From Vicugna vicugna (Eukaryota): 64,000 bases of DNA. Below, in pieces: positions 51,227-63,284 of this stretch. The notes under the pieces are model-generated. The model worked only from the letters and a program-made list of their open reading frames with translations. It had not been told where the DNA came from and ran no database searches. The stretch lies in NCBI GenBank assembly GCA_013265495.1, contig MU058000.1:1178001-1242000 (forward strand). The letters run 5' to 3'. A program made the translations under genes and the position numbers. The stretch's first letter is position 1; every line of letters starts with the position of its first letter.

Positions 51227-52455
51227 TATCCGTCACGGAGGACGTTGGCAGGTACAGAGTGACGCGTCTTCTTCCTGCTCACCACCTCGTCTTCTTAGCT
51301 CTCCTCTGTGGCTGGGCTTTGGTTTGTTGGAAGACATTTACCTGTGTCCTCAAGACTTAGTTGAGGTAATTGGACAGTGTTCTTTGGTTAAGTTTTTCCT
51401 CCTCTTTTTGGTAGGAATGAAAATAGAATCCCCAAACTATAACCCTCTCATTCCAACTTGAGCTGCGTTACTAGTGAATTAATTGCTTGACCGCTTCACC
51501 CTTAGCAGTGAGTCCCATGTATATGGTTTTCATTGCCCTTCTAAATTCTGATTAGCCTTTCCATTGACACCTGGGCCCTTTCACTTCTTTGCGGGTTTCT
51601 GAAAAATTATAATTAATACACGAGTGCTGAGCAGACCTCATTTATTTTACAATGCTGTGCTCATGTTCCTTTGAAGGGAAACCACGTGGCTCCCCCCACC
51701 CCCACCACACATGCACGCACTAATTGGGGTCGTATGGGAGCAGGAACCAGAAATGGGGGAAGGAGGGAGGGATGGCAGTATTCCAAACGGAAACTTGTTA
51801 AAGGCCACTTCACAGAACAGCTTTGGATATAACAACTGCTCCCACCATTTTCACCTGGGCTCTCAGTATCTTACACAGGTTCATAAGAGGTTACTGTTGT
51901 AGCAGTATTTTACCCCCCACTTTTGACAACAAAATGTAAAACAGATTGGAGGTGGCAAGGGAGAGTAAACTGTGGAAGTATATTTGAGTTAGAAGCCTGA
52001 CTCCCCTTCGGCTACCTCAGTTTTGTTTTGTGCCAACCTCCCTTTGACCCAACAGTCCTTTTTTTTCTCTCCAGGTGCAAATAAATGACTTGGCCTCTTT
52101 CTTGGCTTGGAGATTAGAGTCTGTTCCTAGTCATTATTACCTTCACACAAACCTCCCTTAAGTTTTTTCTTTTTTGGGGGATTTTTCACTTTTTCCTTAG
52201 CCATTATTGCAACATGTAAGAATGATCCCTTCCTAAAGAAATTCCAGTGAAGGCAGGAAAGACCTTTCTTTTAAAGACATCAGAGTTATGACTTACAGGA
52301 GTTGATCTGGTTTGGGGCAAGTGAAAACCCAAGAGCATTGACCATTGAAGAAGTATACAGAGAAGGAGGCTTAAGAGTCTGTGCAAAGCCATTCACGAAT
52401 AGCATGATTTTGAGTAATTTCCGTAACCTTTTAAAGCCTGTTTTCTCCTTTACTG

Positions 52456-52692
52456 CAGGGTTCTGCAAAGCTTGTCTGTGAAGGGACAGATAATAAATGT
52501 TTCAGGCTTTGTGGATCATGGCATCTCCAGTGCAACTGTTTAGCTTTGCTGCTGTGGGACAAAAACAGTTAAAGACAAAACATAGACTCCTGGGCACGCT
52601 GTGTTCCAGCAAAACCTTGTTGACAAAAACGGGCTGCAGGATGAGTTTGTCAGGCCAGGTTCGGCCCACTGGACTAGTGTCTGTTGACCCTG
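52456..52692. mobile_element. MER58A-type hAT-Charlie element, inserted in a MIR (~52410-52820)
   Basis: cagggttctgcaaa...tctgtgaagggacagataataaat...ttgaccctg. Confidence 0.85.
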
Positions 52693-53854
52693 ATCTGTGA
52701 AGTGGTGATAACAGTAGTACCCAACTCCAGTTGTTGGGAAGATGATATGGATGCAATACATGCAAAAGATTTAGTCTAGTGTCTGGCTTATCATAAGCAC
52801 CTTTGATAAAAATATGGTTAAAAAAAAGACAAAATCACGATTTTTCACACAGATATAGACGGAACATATGTTAAAGAATTTGCTTAACTCATTATTAATG
52901 CAGGGTTCAGCAGATACTGTATCTTATTCAAAAGAGATTAAAAAAACAGTGATTTATATATCAGAACTAATGAGACTAATTTGCAACTTGTTAAAACACT
53001 AGCTTGGGGGAAGAAAATTGTCCTTTCACCAATCAGTTCAGTTACATGTTCACAGTCAAGAGTCATTTTTATTGCATTGTAATTTTCCACAACTAGCAGA
53101 ATTGAAAAATAGCTCAAAGGTGATGAAAATCCAGGAATCACATGATACAGAAAGGTGTGCTCTAAACAATGCCTCATTTGCCACTGGAGAAATACAAGTT
53201 TCTTACACACTCAAATCATCTTCGCTATTACCATTATTGCTTAGGTGTCATCTAGGGTTACTTGGTCCTTGAGATGGAACTCTAGGGTTTCTTTCAAATC
53301 GAGGTTGACTTGTTCCTGAGTCTGTTGTGTGAGTTCAGGGGGTGGACTGTCTCAGTGACAAGTGTCATGTTGTTCACTTTTGGCATGATTATCACCCTGT
53401 GTGAGATGTGTTCCCAATGACTCCATGAGCCTGAGATGTAACCAACCTGAGGCTCTATGAATGCAAGGGGCAACAGGAGCATATACATCCCAGCAAGGCA
53501 AGTAATTTAAAATTGCCACAGCTTCAGTTGACATCCTTGTCATCAGGGATTTCTGGTGGGCTAAATAACATTTGTCTGTAGACTCCAACCAGCCTGATTT
53601 CTCAGCTCTTCCTCTCCAACTTCCTCCTCACCTACTTCCCTTTCTCTCAGTCTTAAATTCTTGTTCATTTATGTTAGACTGTTTATCTCTTTGTTTTATA
53701 ATTTCCTTGGAAACTGTGCTTTGGTGGTCTACCTTTAATACTCAAAGTAGCCTCTCAAGTTATTGAGTTAAAAGAAAGGCCAAGTGCACACAGCAGAGTA
53801 ATTTGTAGTTCCTGTACTGAGCAGAACCTACCATGATCAGAAAAAAGTTATTTT

Positions 53855-53875
53855 ATCATCATCATCATCATCATC
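53855..53875. repeat. (ATC)7 microsatellite
   Basis: Read directly from the sequence. Confidence 0.9.
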
Positions 53876-54095
53876 AGGAGGAGGTAAATCAGGGTTACAG
53901 ATAGGACTGTTGTGGATAAGCAGTCATGTCTGCTGACTGCTTTTTGGCTTCCCATGTTTCTTACTCAGTTACATTTCCCCCATTGTCTTTCTCTCCCTCT
54001 CCTTTTTTCCCCCCCACTTTCTTCTTACACAAATTAGATGTATTTTTAAACTGTGAAGTAACATTTCCTCTCTTTGACAGGGAAATCACAGGACA

Positions 54096-55017
54096 TATTA
54101 CTGACCCTTTCGAGTCAGTCCTGAACAAGGGCCCTCCTGCCCACAGTATTCAAGCAAATAGAAGAGGACGGAGTTTGGTTCAGAAGCAAAGGAAAGCTTT
54201 ATTCTTTGATCAAAGAATGGAACAGAGCGAGCTCCTGCTCTAGAGCCCATGCTCTCCGTGGGCGGGGCTGCTTGATAGGGATCTCGACCTTGACCAAGGT
54301 AGGGGAGGGTGAGGTTCTCGCGGGGCTGGTGTCCAGATCACAGTTGCAGGTGGAGCTTCTCTGCACACCTCCCACCGCCATCCTCAGACTGCAGTGTGTG
54401 CACAGTGCTTCTGCACACGGTCCTGAGCTGAAATGCCTGGTGTGGTGGTTTTTCACTGGGGACTCTGGTCTGAAGCACTGGATGCAAGGCCTCTGCACGC
54501 GGTGCCCTATGAGCAAGTGAAACTAGACTAAGCACAAAGGGAAAAAAAAAGTTAGACTTTATTTTATTAGCCAGGTTCTATTTTTATTTCTTGGGACTTG
54601 TTAATGGTCCTTGCAGATGACGGACACACAGGGACGTTGTCAAGTTGTAGCAAGGGTAACTCAAGTGTTGGGCTACCTCCAAGGGTTGCCTGGGTGTTCC
54701 TACTGCCAGAGGCCAGGTAGGCCTGCCTAAAATGGTACTTGAATAATTACACGGAGAAAATAAACTGGAGATTGACAAAGTGCTTTTCTTTTAGGAAACC
54801 AATGCTAGATTTTGTCAGCCTGAGGAAGTTCAGGCTTGGGCCTAGAAGTTGGAAGATGAACAAACCATCCTCTCAGGTCCAGTGGTCTAAACTAGCACCT
54901 GGAGTCTGACTATTAGTTATGGTTGGTGTCAGGAAAAATTGTGAATGATTTTTGAGTTTTAGAGGGTGTCCTGACTGGGTCATACCTCTCTGTCTTTGAC
55001 TAGGCTATACGACAACA
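54096..55017 (-). mobile_element. Long ERV solo LTR (~920 bp), relatively CpG-retaining
   Basis: (T)ATTACTGACC terminus; AATAAA on the minus strand at 54198-54203; GC-rich promoter-like segment at 54230-54510; boundaries approximate. Confidence 0.65.
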
Positions 55018-55105
55018 GTATAAGTTGTAGAAAACAGAAAATAGTGCAAGTAGAAATGCAAACTGTATTTAATATGTGTTCAGGTTGCACTATAAAGAGG
55101 ACTGT

Positions 55106-55553
55106 TGTTGATGAAAAAAATTATTCTAACACTTGTTAAAACTGTAAGGAAGACTTTATTTAGAACTATTGCAATATGGTTATTGCAATAGGGGAGAAAG
55201 ATTGGGCTCAAGTCCAGATATAGAAAGACAGCTCGAAATTTATAGCCGACATGCAGAGTGAGAGAATCAGTGGATGGAAAATTATTAAGAGGAGACATCA
55301 AGGTTAGGAGGATTCTTGCTAAAGGCAGATGGAGGACTTACACATCAAGTCGGAGGATGAGGAACTTGAACAGATATCAAGGGCGATCCAGATACCCAAA
55401 ATGGGGGCACTCTTGCTAAACTTACTTAATAAGAATCTTACTAATACTGGGCAAGGCATATCAGAAACAGGATAGGGGCCAAGGTTGAGACCTAGTCAAA
55501 AAGATGGCTCAGGGAGCCTGGCTAAGGTTTGGTTGAAGACAGAGTCTTTGTCA
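55106..55553 (-). mobile_element. MER31-type ERV1 solo LTR
   Basis: Minus strand begins TGACAAAGACTCTG...CCAAACCTTAGCCAGGCTCC; TSD ctgt/ctgg. Confidence 0.85.
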
Positions 55554-56410
55554 CTGGTCAGGACAAGTTACCTTGAAAAGGTAAGATTTGAGCAAAATCT
55601 TGAAGAATGCAAGAGAATTAGTCTAGCAGCTTCCTAGGGGAAATATATTCCAGGTGGAGGAAACAGTAAAGGATCTAAGGCAGAAGTTTGCTTGGCAAGG
55701 TGAAGAAATAGCAAGAAGGCTAGTGTGTTGGCCACCACAGTACACACATTTCATGTGCACTTCTTACAATGTCATATTGATATTCCTTCCATTGAGTGGT
55801 GTGTCCACATCATTTCCTATTGAACCTGTGGGTTTCAGGTGAATAGGGGTGAAGTGATGCTATTTGGCTTCTAAGGCTAGGTCTTAAACATGTCGTGAAC
55901 TTGCACCTTGTTCTGTTGGGACACTTATTCTTGGAGCCCAGCCACCATGTTGTGAGAAAGTCCAGGCCATGTGGAAAGGCAACATATGAAGCCCCACCAA
56001 TAGCTCCTGCTGAATCCAACCCAGTGGTCTGGTCTGCCTCAACCACCAGGCATGTAAGTGAGTAAGCCCTCAGATGATTCTAGCCCCTGGCCATCAGGTC
56101 ACCTCCTGTTTAGCCCTTGACCCATCCAGTCTTCATAGCTGAGGCTTTAGACATTGTGTAGTAAGGACAAGTCATTCCTGCTGGGCTCTGTCTGTGTTTC
56201 TGACCAGACTTAATGAGTACAGCACACGAATACTGTTTTATACTACTAAGATTTGGGGTGGTTTGTTATGCAATAATAAAACTGGAATGTCTGGTATGAC
56301 TGAAATTGAGTGAATAATGGAGAGGGTAGGTAACAGTGAGTTCAGAATGGCATTGAAAAGGGGCCAGAAGGCCTAGGGTATTATGGGCTAAAGAAAGCAT
56401 TGGCTTTTAT
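55554..56410 (-). mobile_element. L2 fragment, split by an MLT1 LTR
   Basis: gatttgagcaaaatcttgaagaatg...ttccaggtggaggaaacag...gcaagaaggctagtgtg; resumes after 56290. Confidence 0.7.
55724..56290 (+). mobile_element. MaLR MLT1(E/F-like) solo LTR
   Basis: ggagcccagccaccatgttgtgagaaag...ctaagatttggggtggtttgttatgcaataataaaactggaa. Confidence 0.85.
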
Positions 56411-56849
56411 AATAAGTGGAAAAAGAATAAATGAATGAATGAATGAATGATTACTTAATTATTGAGAAAAATGAACTCTTAGAGAATAATTATTGTGTCC
56501 ATAATCAAGCTATATAGTGAAGTGAAAAAAACCATGTAATGGAATCTCAATACTACAACTTAGGTTTTTAGTCATAAAAGAATTATTTAAATATTTTGAG
56601 CATTATTTTCTTGTCTGTAAAATGAAGTTATGCTATCAGGGTTAAATGTTACAATACTTACATTAGGTATCCAATATTTTCTTCTCTGCCCCCTTTTACT
56701 TTTTTGGATATGTTTGGATGCTGTCACACTGACAGGGATTTCATTTAATTGGTCTTTCCATTCAAAATAATTAGGTCCAGTAGATGGAAAAAACAAAGAG
56801 GCATATTTTAGCTCTGAATAAGGTTCAACAGCATAATGATTATTAGATA

Positions 56850-57045
56850 CAGTTACTTGAAACCAAATCAGACTTTACTAGCTTTGTGACCTTGGACAAG
56901 TTACTTAAACCTTCTAATAATGTTCATTTTCTTTATTAGTAAAAATGATGTTAGAGGACCCACCTCATGAGTTTGCATTGGATTTAAATACGGTAATCTA
57001 TATAAAGTGCTTAGTGTGGTGTTTGACACTCAGTATTTATCAACA
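56850..57045 (+). mobile_element. MIR SINE
   Basis: tgtgaccttggacaagttacttaaac...aaagtgcttag. Confidence 0.8.
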
Positions 57046-57258
57046 ATTTACCCGCAGTTGGAACAAGGACTGCCTCATGCTTCATGATGATTAACTTCCC
57101 TTGCTGGAAATGTTAAGGGAAATCTTGCATGCCTCTCTAAAAAGGAAATTTCTTCCTTGATCAGTTCCAATTCTAAATTCTGTCTTTCTCTGTCTCTCTC
57201 ATGAGAACTTGGATTTTTGTGACTTGTAACTTTGTGCAATTGGTCTTAAATCTATGAG

Positions 57259-57915
57259 ATTATATCAGTTGGGATGAGCTAAATTTTGCTATCACAACAA
57301 GTAACTCTCAAATCTTAGTGGCTTAACCCAACAAAAATTTTCTCGTTCAAGCTGCATTTCACCAAGACCTGAAGGTGAAGATGGATAGGAGTACCACTCA
57401 TTAGCTGCTTTTGGGTCCAAGTCTGTAGAGTGGCCAACATCATGAACATTGTCATTCATGGTGCCAGAGGAAAACGAAAGTTCTAAAGCAATACTTGTCT
57501 AACTATCTGTGGTGGAAGACCAGTTTTTATTTATTTGTTTTATCTCTAATCCCTCATGGCCAATACTTTTATGAGATATAGTAAAGGTAAATTATCAAGC
57601 ACATATGAATGTTGCAGCAGTATTAAATTGCTATCAAAGTTTCTAAATATTTATTTACAGTGTCTTGTCATGAACTAGGAAAAAGTAGTTTAAGGACCAG
57701 TTTGCAGCCCACACTTGGACTAATACTAATCCGGAGGTTCTCACTCTGGTCATTGAATACTTTGACCTGGAAATAACATATCATTTCCTCTCAAAACTCA
57801 TGGGCCAACACTAGTCATAAGTTCCTACCTCCAACAGTGAGAGAGCCAGGGAGTCAAGTGTCCTCAAGATGAGGTGAAGGATGGGAGGAAGTACTGAAGA
57901 GATCTTACTGCCACC
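57259..57915 (-). mobile_element. MaLR MLT1(H/I-like) LTR containing a hAT-Charlie-type MITE (~57487-57729)
   Basis: caaatcttagtggcttaacccaacaaaa MLT1 motif; aactatctgtggtggaagaccag...aaagtttctaaa...cccacactt Charlie motif. Confidence 0.65.
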
Positions 57916-58118
57916 CTGATCACAAGACCCTGCATTTTTATAAAATACAGGATTCCAGGTATAAGCTTGGGAGAATTTGCCTCAGCAGGTATAGTAAGGG
58001 TAACTGGAATTGATACTTAAAAACATTCTTAGTTGATTCAGTCCTTCATGGAAACTATTATCCTAGATGAAAGGCATAAAATTATCTCATAGGTCTTGAA
58101 GGAAACTTGATACCATAT

Positions 58119-58724
58119 TGTATTAGTCCGGGTCCTCTGAGGAGCAGGTGTGAAGATAGGACTAAACGTGCAGGGATTTTACTAGGGTAAATGCCTGGGT
58201 GAGGGGGGAGGGTATAGGTCAAGTGGTAGAGTGCATGCTTAACATGCATGCGATCCTGGGTTCAATCCCCAGTACCTCCTCTAAGAATAAATAAATTAAC
58301 CTAATTACCTTCCCCAACCAAAAAAAAAAAAAAAAAAAAAAAAAGGAAAAAAAACCCAAACCTATGTAAAAGGAGATCTATCAGACCATAATGGAAGTCT
58401 GATCCTAAGTGAAGGAGAGACGTTTGGGTTGAAGCATAGTAGACTGCCGTGCAGTCAAAGAAAGATGCAGTGAAGCTGTTGGGGAGACTGAGCCAAAGCT
58501 GGATGACAGTAGAACACTATTGTCTCCCAGGAATAAGTCTTCCTTGTGCAATTCCCCACACACCAACGCCCTCCTCCACTCCCGCCACCCTTCTTAGTCA
58601 TTGTCTTGGAGCAGCCTTGGCACAAGCCAGCAATGAATTTCGAAGCACAGCAGCTGAGGCCCTTGGTGGTCAGGTTCACTCCCCATGGAGGAGATCTGTG
58701 AGGCACATGCTTGTGGCTGCCACA
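58119..58724 (-). mobile_element. ERVL LTR16-type solo LTR (split by the SINE)
   Basis: tgtattagtccgggtcctctgaggagcag...aaatgcctg start; ggctgccaca end. Confidence 0.75.
58203..58354 (+). mobile_element. tRNA-Ala-derived SINE (Vic-1-like, camelid)
   Basis: GGGGGGAGGGTATAGGTCAAGTGGTAGAG...GGGTTCAATCCCCAGTACCTCC with A and B boxes, a short unique tail and A25 (58320-58344). Confidence 0.9.
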
Positions 58725-58959
58725 TTCCTGCTCTAGTCGCTGCCTTCAGGAATTTAAAATATTTATTGTGATTTTATGAATTAGTTACCAAGGTCAGGGG
58801 AGTTTAGTAGATTACAGTACTGGCACAAGGTCAGAGCTATTAAATTTGGAAATAGAGACCAGCACCACTTATATACTGCTGTCCCTAGTGATGTACTCAT
58901 AGCTATCCTAACTGAAAATACTTTTAGTGAATATTAAGCTATTTTTAATTTTTAATCTG

Positions 58960-59392
58960 CTAAGCACTTCTCCTTTCCACTGGAGGCATCACTTCCTTTA
59001 TTCAGTTGTGAAATTTTTGCCTGATGAGTTCTCGTCCTCCTGACCATAAGTAAGTTGTCTAGAAATGGACACTGTAAGTTGGACCAATTACTTTGTTCAT
59101 TGGGGACTTCCAAAGCTTGGACATCCTCTGAGTGCTTGGGGTAGAAGGCAAGGAGTTGCTGGCAGTCATGCTTCCCACTATGGTTTTAGTTAGTTTCTGA
59201 GAATGAAATAAAAACCCACAAAGAAGCAGAGGTGAGAGAATGGACGGTAATTACTGTTGTTCTTGAGGCTCAGCTGCATTCCCTTTTCTTCTGGCTCTTA
59301 TAGAAAACCTCAATATCCTTTCAGTAACTTCCCTATTTTGCCTAAACTGTAAGTGAGTTTCTGTCATTTGCTACTGAGACCTTGACTAACAT
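58960..59392 (+). mobile_element. MaLR MLT1(J-like) LTR
   Basis: ggcagtcatgcttccc...gaagcagag...ttttgcctaaac...tttctgtcatttgc...gaccttgactaac. Confidence 0.65.
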
Positions 59393-61554
59393 GGTTCTTA
59401 AGAAATGCAGACTTAGAGATGTCTTATTACAGTGCTAACACAATTAAGTGATTACTCTTTTTCTATTTCCTAATCTCTCTCTCTTTTTTTAATGCCCTTG
59501 ATCAACTGTCAGGGACAAGTGATTAACGCCTAGATAGGCGGCAGAGGGTTTAACCTCGTGCTGGGAAGGCAAGGAGGCATGGTACACCAATGAGCCATGG
59601 GAAACTCATTACTCCTGTAATAAAGGGATTGATCCCTTTGTTAAAACTCCCACCTAGCTTCACAATCAGCCTCTGTGCAATTAAATGTTGATAGCATTGA
59701 GTATTCACTGATGAATCAACGTTTTATTTCTGAAGGGAAAAAGAGGGATATTAACAAGCCAGGCATAGTGAATGAATTTAAGGTTAAAAAATCATAAACT
59801 AGTAGCTTCTTGTTGTGACTAAACATAAGACTGATATTTTGCACTAGTGTGTCATTGGTACTTGCTCCATGGAGTCTGTGTTCTGAATAACTAAAACCTA
59901 AAGATAAATCTTCTTAGCATCCCAAACTTAAGTAGATCACATTTTAGAAATGAGAAAGGCTTGGATCAGGAAAGCTGAATTGGTGCCCACCTTAGCCTCA
60001 AGTATTAGTGTGATCCTGCATCTGCCAGTTAGGTTCTTTGGGTCTCAGTTTTCCTTATCTTTAAAATGGGGCTTGTAAAATAAATGATCTCTAAGGTCTC
60101 CTATAATTCTCTCATTCTCTCATTTAGAAGAAAGTTCTGTGTTTAAGGAGGACATGTTTCTTTCTGTCATCTTTTGGCCTCATTTCATATATAGGAATTG
60201 GAGGTCCAGGGAAGCAAATTGATATATATGTGAGTGAGACTTTTTGTCTTCGTGAGAAGAACGGATGCAGCCCTTCCTGGGATGATAATACAGCTGGGCT
60301 TTCCTAACAGTGACCTGTAAGGTGATCTGAAAAGCTGTATACATTTGTCCTCTCTCTCTGATTCCTTGTGTTACCATCTAATCTGCTACATATTTCTGTA
60401 GCAGGTCTTGATTTATCAATGGCAACAGAAAGGGAAATTCAAAATGATTACCCTGGAGGTGGCAATAACATTTTCACTAGAAATAATGTAATAAATGATA
60501 GTGTTATTCTATGTATGTATACTTTATAACATCTTATTTAGTATACAATTTTAACTTTTAAAAACTTTTCATAATAGTTTTACATTTTATTCTTACAAGT
60601 TTTCTAGTACCTGAAAATTGGAAATTATTTTCTGCTCTAAAAACCTGCATGTAGTTTGAGTTGGTTGGCCAAGGGAAAAATCAGAATGAATTCTTTGAGA
60701 GAGAACTGACTTTTTTTTTTTTTTTAATGCCTGAGTAGACGTGTTTCCATATGTAGTATATCCACACCCTACCCCAGGACATCTTCTGTTTGGGATACAT
60801 TTAGACAAAAATGATTACAAACGATCTATACAATAAAGTAAAAAGAGTTTTGCACTTAACAATTGGTTTAGGATAGGATTTAGGAAACCTGAAGAGAAAA
60901 TGGAAGAAAATTTCTTGAGAAAATAACCCCAGCAAGGAGGAAGCTTGGAGCTTATGGTCATATGCGGCCTTAGATGAAATATTTTCTGGGAAAGACATGT
61001 TCGATGAATTTTGAGGCAGAGTGTGATGTCTGATGTTTATTCTAAGTTAGGTTTGATTGAGCTCTGTGCTGTAATCTTCCTCCATTACCAAAATAGTTAG
61101 TAAAAACCTGCATAAAATATCCTTGTCTAGGTGTTTCTTTAAAGAATGAAGTAAGAGGAGCTATATCCTAGCTAAGTGGGGAGGAGAGAGGACTCTAGGA
61201 GTGGGGAGTGAGGTGTAAGTGGGACAGTCATGAGTTCAGTGCAGTGGAAATTTGGAGTGATAGAGGACCATGAGGTGGGGGGCTTTCTGGGATGTCTCAG
61301 TAAGTGGGGTAAGGGTGGGAAAGAGCTTGAGTCATTTTGAGTAGATAGTAAGTATTTTCAGCATGAAAAAAAAACAAAGGCACAGAGAAATCATCTGATT
61401 TCTTTTTCATTAGAAGATGTCATGGACAGCCAGAACTAGAAAGCAGTTTTAGGAATTCCAGTTTCCCTAGCTCCTTGCTGGATAACAGTGTACACCAGAT
61501 GACTTATATTTTTTTTAAGCTGTAAGATTTTTTAAAATTTATTATTTTATTTTC

Positions 61555-61974
61555 TTTTTTATTGAAATATAGTTGATATACAATACTACTTACAGGTACA
61601 CAATATAGTGATTCAAAATTTTTATAGATTACAATACGTATATCATTACAGAGAATAAAATACTGGCTATATTCTCTGTGCTACACAATGTATACTTATG
61701 GCTTATTTCTTTTGTACATAGTAGTTTGTCCCTCTTAACCCCCATCCCTACCTTGCCTCCCCCTTCCCTATCCCAGTGGTAACTACTAGTCTGTTCTGTA
61801 TATCTGTAAATCTGTTTCTTATTAGTTTTATTCACTAGTTTGTATTATTTTTTAGATTCCACATAAAAGTGGTAACAGAGTATTTGCTTTTCTCTGATGT
61901 ATTTCGCTAAGCATAACACTCTTCATTTTGCAAATGGCAAAATTTCATTCTTTTTAATGGGTGAGTAGTATTTC

Positions 61975-62025
<51 letters not shown>

Positions 62026-63245
62026 CACTTCTTTTTTATCCACTGATCTGTTGATGGACACTTAGGTTGCTTCCATATCTTGGCTATTATAAATAATGCT
62101 GCTGTGAACATGTGGGTGTATATATCTTTTTGAGTTAGTGTTTTTGTATCCTTCAGATAGATACCCAGAAGTGGAGCTGCTGGATCATACAGTAGTTTTA
62201 TTTTTAATTTCTTCAGGAACCTCCATACTGTTTTCCATGGTGGCTGTACCAATTTACATTCCCACTAATACTGTAAAAGTTTCCTTTTCTTCACATCCTC
62301 TCCAGCATAGGTTATTTGTGATCTTTTTGTTGCTAGCCGTTCTAACAGGTGTGAGGTGCTAGCTCATTGTGGTTTTGATGTTCATTTTTCTGCTGGTTAG
62401 TTATCTTTTCATGTGCTTGTTGTCTGTCTGTGAATCTTCTTTGGAAAAATATCTGTTCAGGTCTTTGGCCTATTTTTTAATCAGGTTTTTTGGGTTTTTT
62501 GATATTAAGTTTATATATTTTGGATACTAACCCCTTATTAGTCGTATCATTTGCAAATATTTTCTCCCATTCAGTACATTGTCTTTTTATCTTGTTGGTG
62601 ATTTCTTTTGCTATGCAAAAGCATTTAAGTTTAATTAGCTCCCATTTGTTAGTTTTTGTTTTTGTTTTTGTTTTGCCTTAGGAGGCATCAAAAAAAAATA
62701 CTGCTACAATTTATGTCAAAGGGGGTTCTGCCTAAGTTTTCTTCTAGGAGTGTTAGTGTTACTGGTCTTACATTTAGGTCTTTGATCTATTTTGAATTTA
62801 TTTTTGTGCATAGTATGAGAAAATGTTCTAGTTTCATGTTTTACATGTAGCTGTCCAGTTTTTGTAGCACCACTTATTGAAGAGATTATCTTTCCTACAT
62901 TGTTTATTCTTGCCTCCTGTGTCATAGATTAATTGACCCTAACTGTGTGGGTTTATTTCTGGGCTCTCTATTTTGATCTCTTGGTCTGTTTCTGTGCCAG
63001 TGCCATACCGCTTTAATTACTGTAGCTTGGTAGTATAGTATAGTTTGACATCAGGGAACATGATTCCTCCAGCTCTATTCTTTCTCAAATTTGTTTTGGC
63101 TATTCAAGATCTTTTGTGTTTCCGTACAAATTTTAAAATTATTTTTTCTGGTTTTGTGAAAAATGACATCAGTATTTTGATACGGGTTGTGTTGAGTCTG
63201 TAGATTGCCTTGGGTACAGTGGTCATTTTAACAATATTAATTTTG
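61555..63245 (-). mobile_element. 5'-truncated LINE-1 (~1.7 kb), same broad family as the 3126-9790 element
   Basis: tttttattgaaatatagttgatatacaat 3' end; ORF2 peptides [32 protein letters not shown] and INIVKMTTVPKAIYRLN. Confidence 0.92.
61977..62025. repeat. (TG)19(TA)5 microsatellite inside L1
   Basis: Read directly from the sequence. Confidence 0.95.
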
Positions 63246-63284
63246 AATCTGGAATGTATGTTAACTGCATTTGAGGCCAACTGA

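Noticed and set aside
52050..52090. Strong splice acceptor (ttttttttctctccag|G); similar ones near 12266, 31726 and 31841
   Set aside because: No convincing downstream coding frame or donor; such motifs are common in intronic and intergenic DNA
54199..54535. Overlapping 104-105 aa ORFs on both strands
   Set aside because: They sit in a GC-rich LTR segment with few stop codons and show no recognisable domain
58208..58279. Functional tRNA gene
   Set aside because: Extra 5' Gs, an imperfect acceptor stem, a SINE tail and poly(A) instead of a T-run terminator, and insertion inside an LTR
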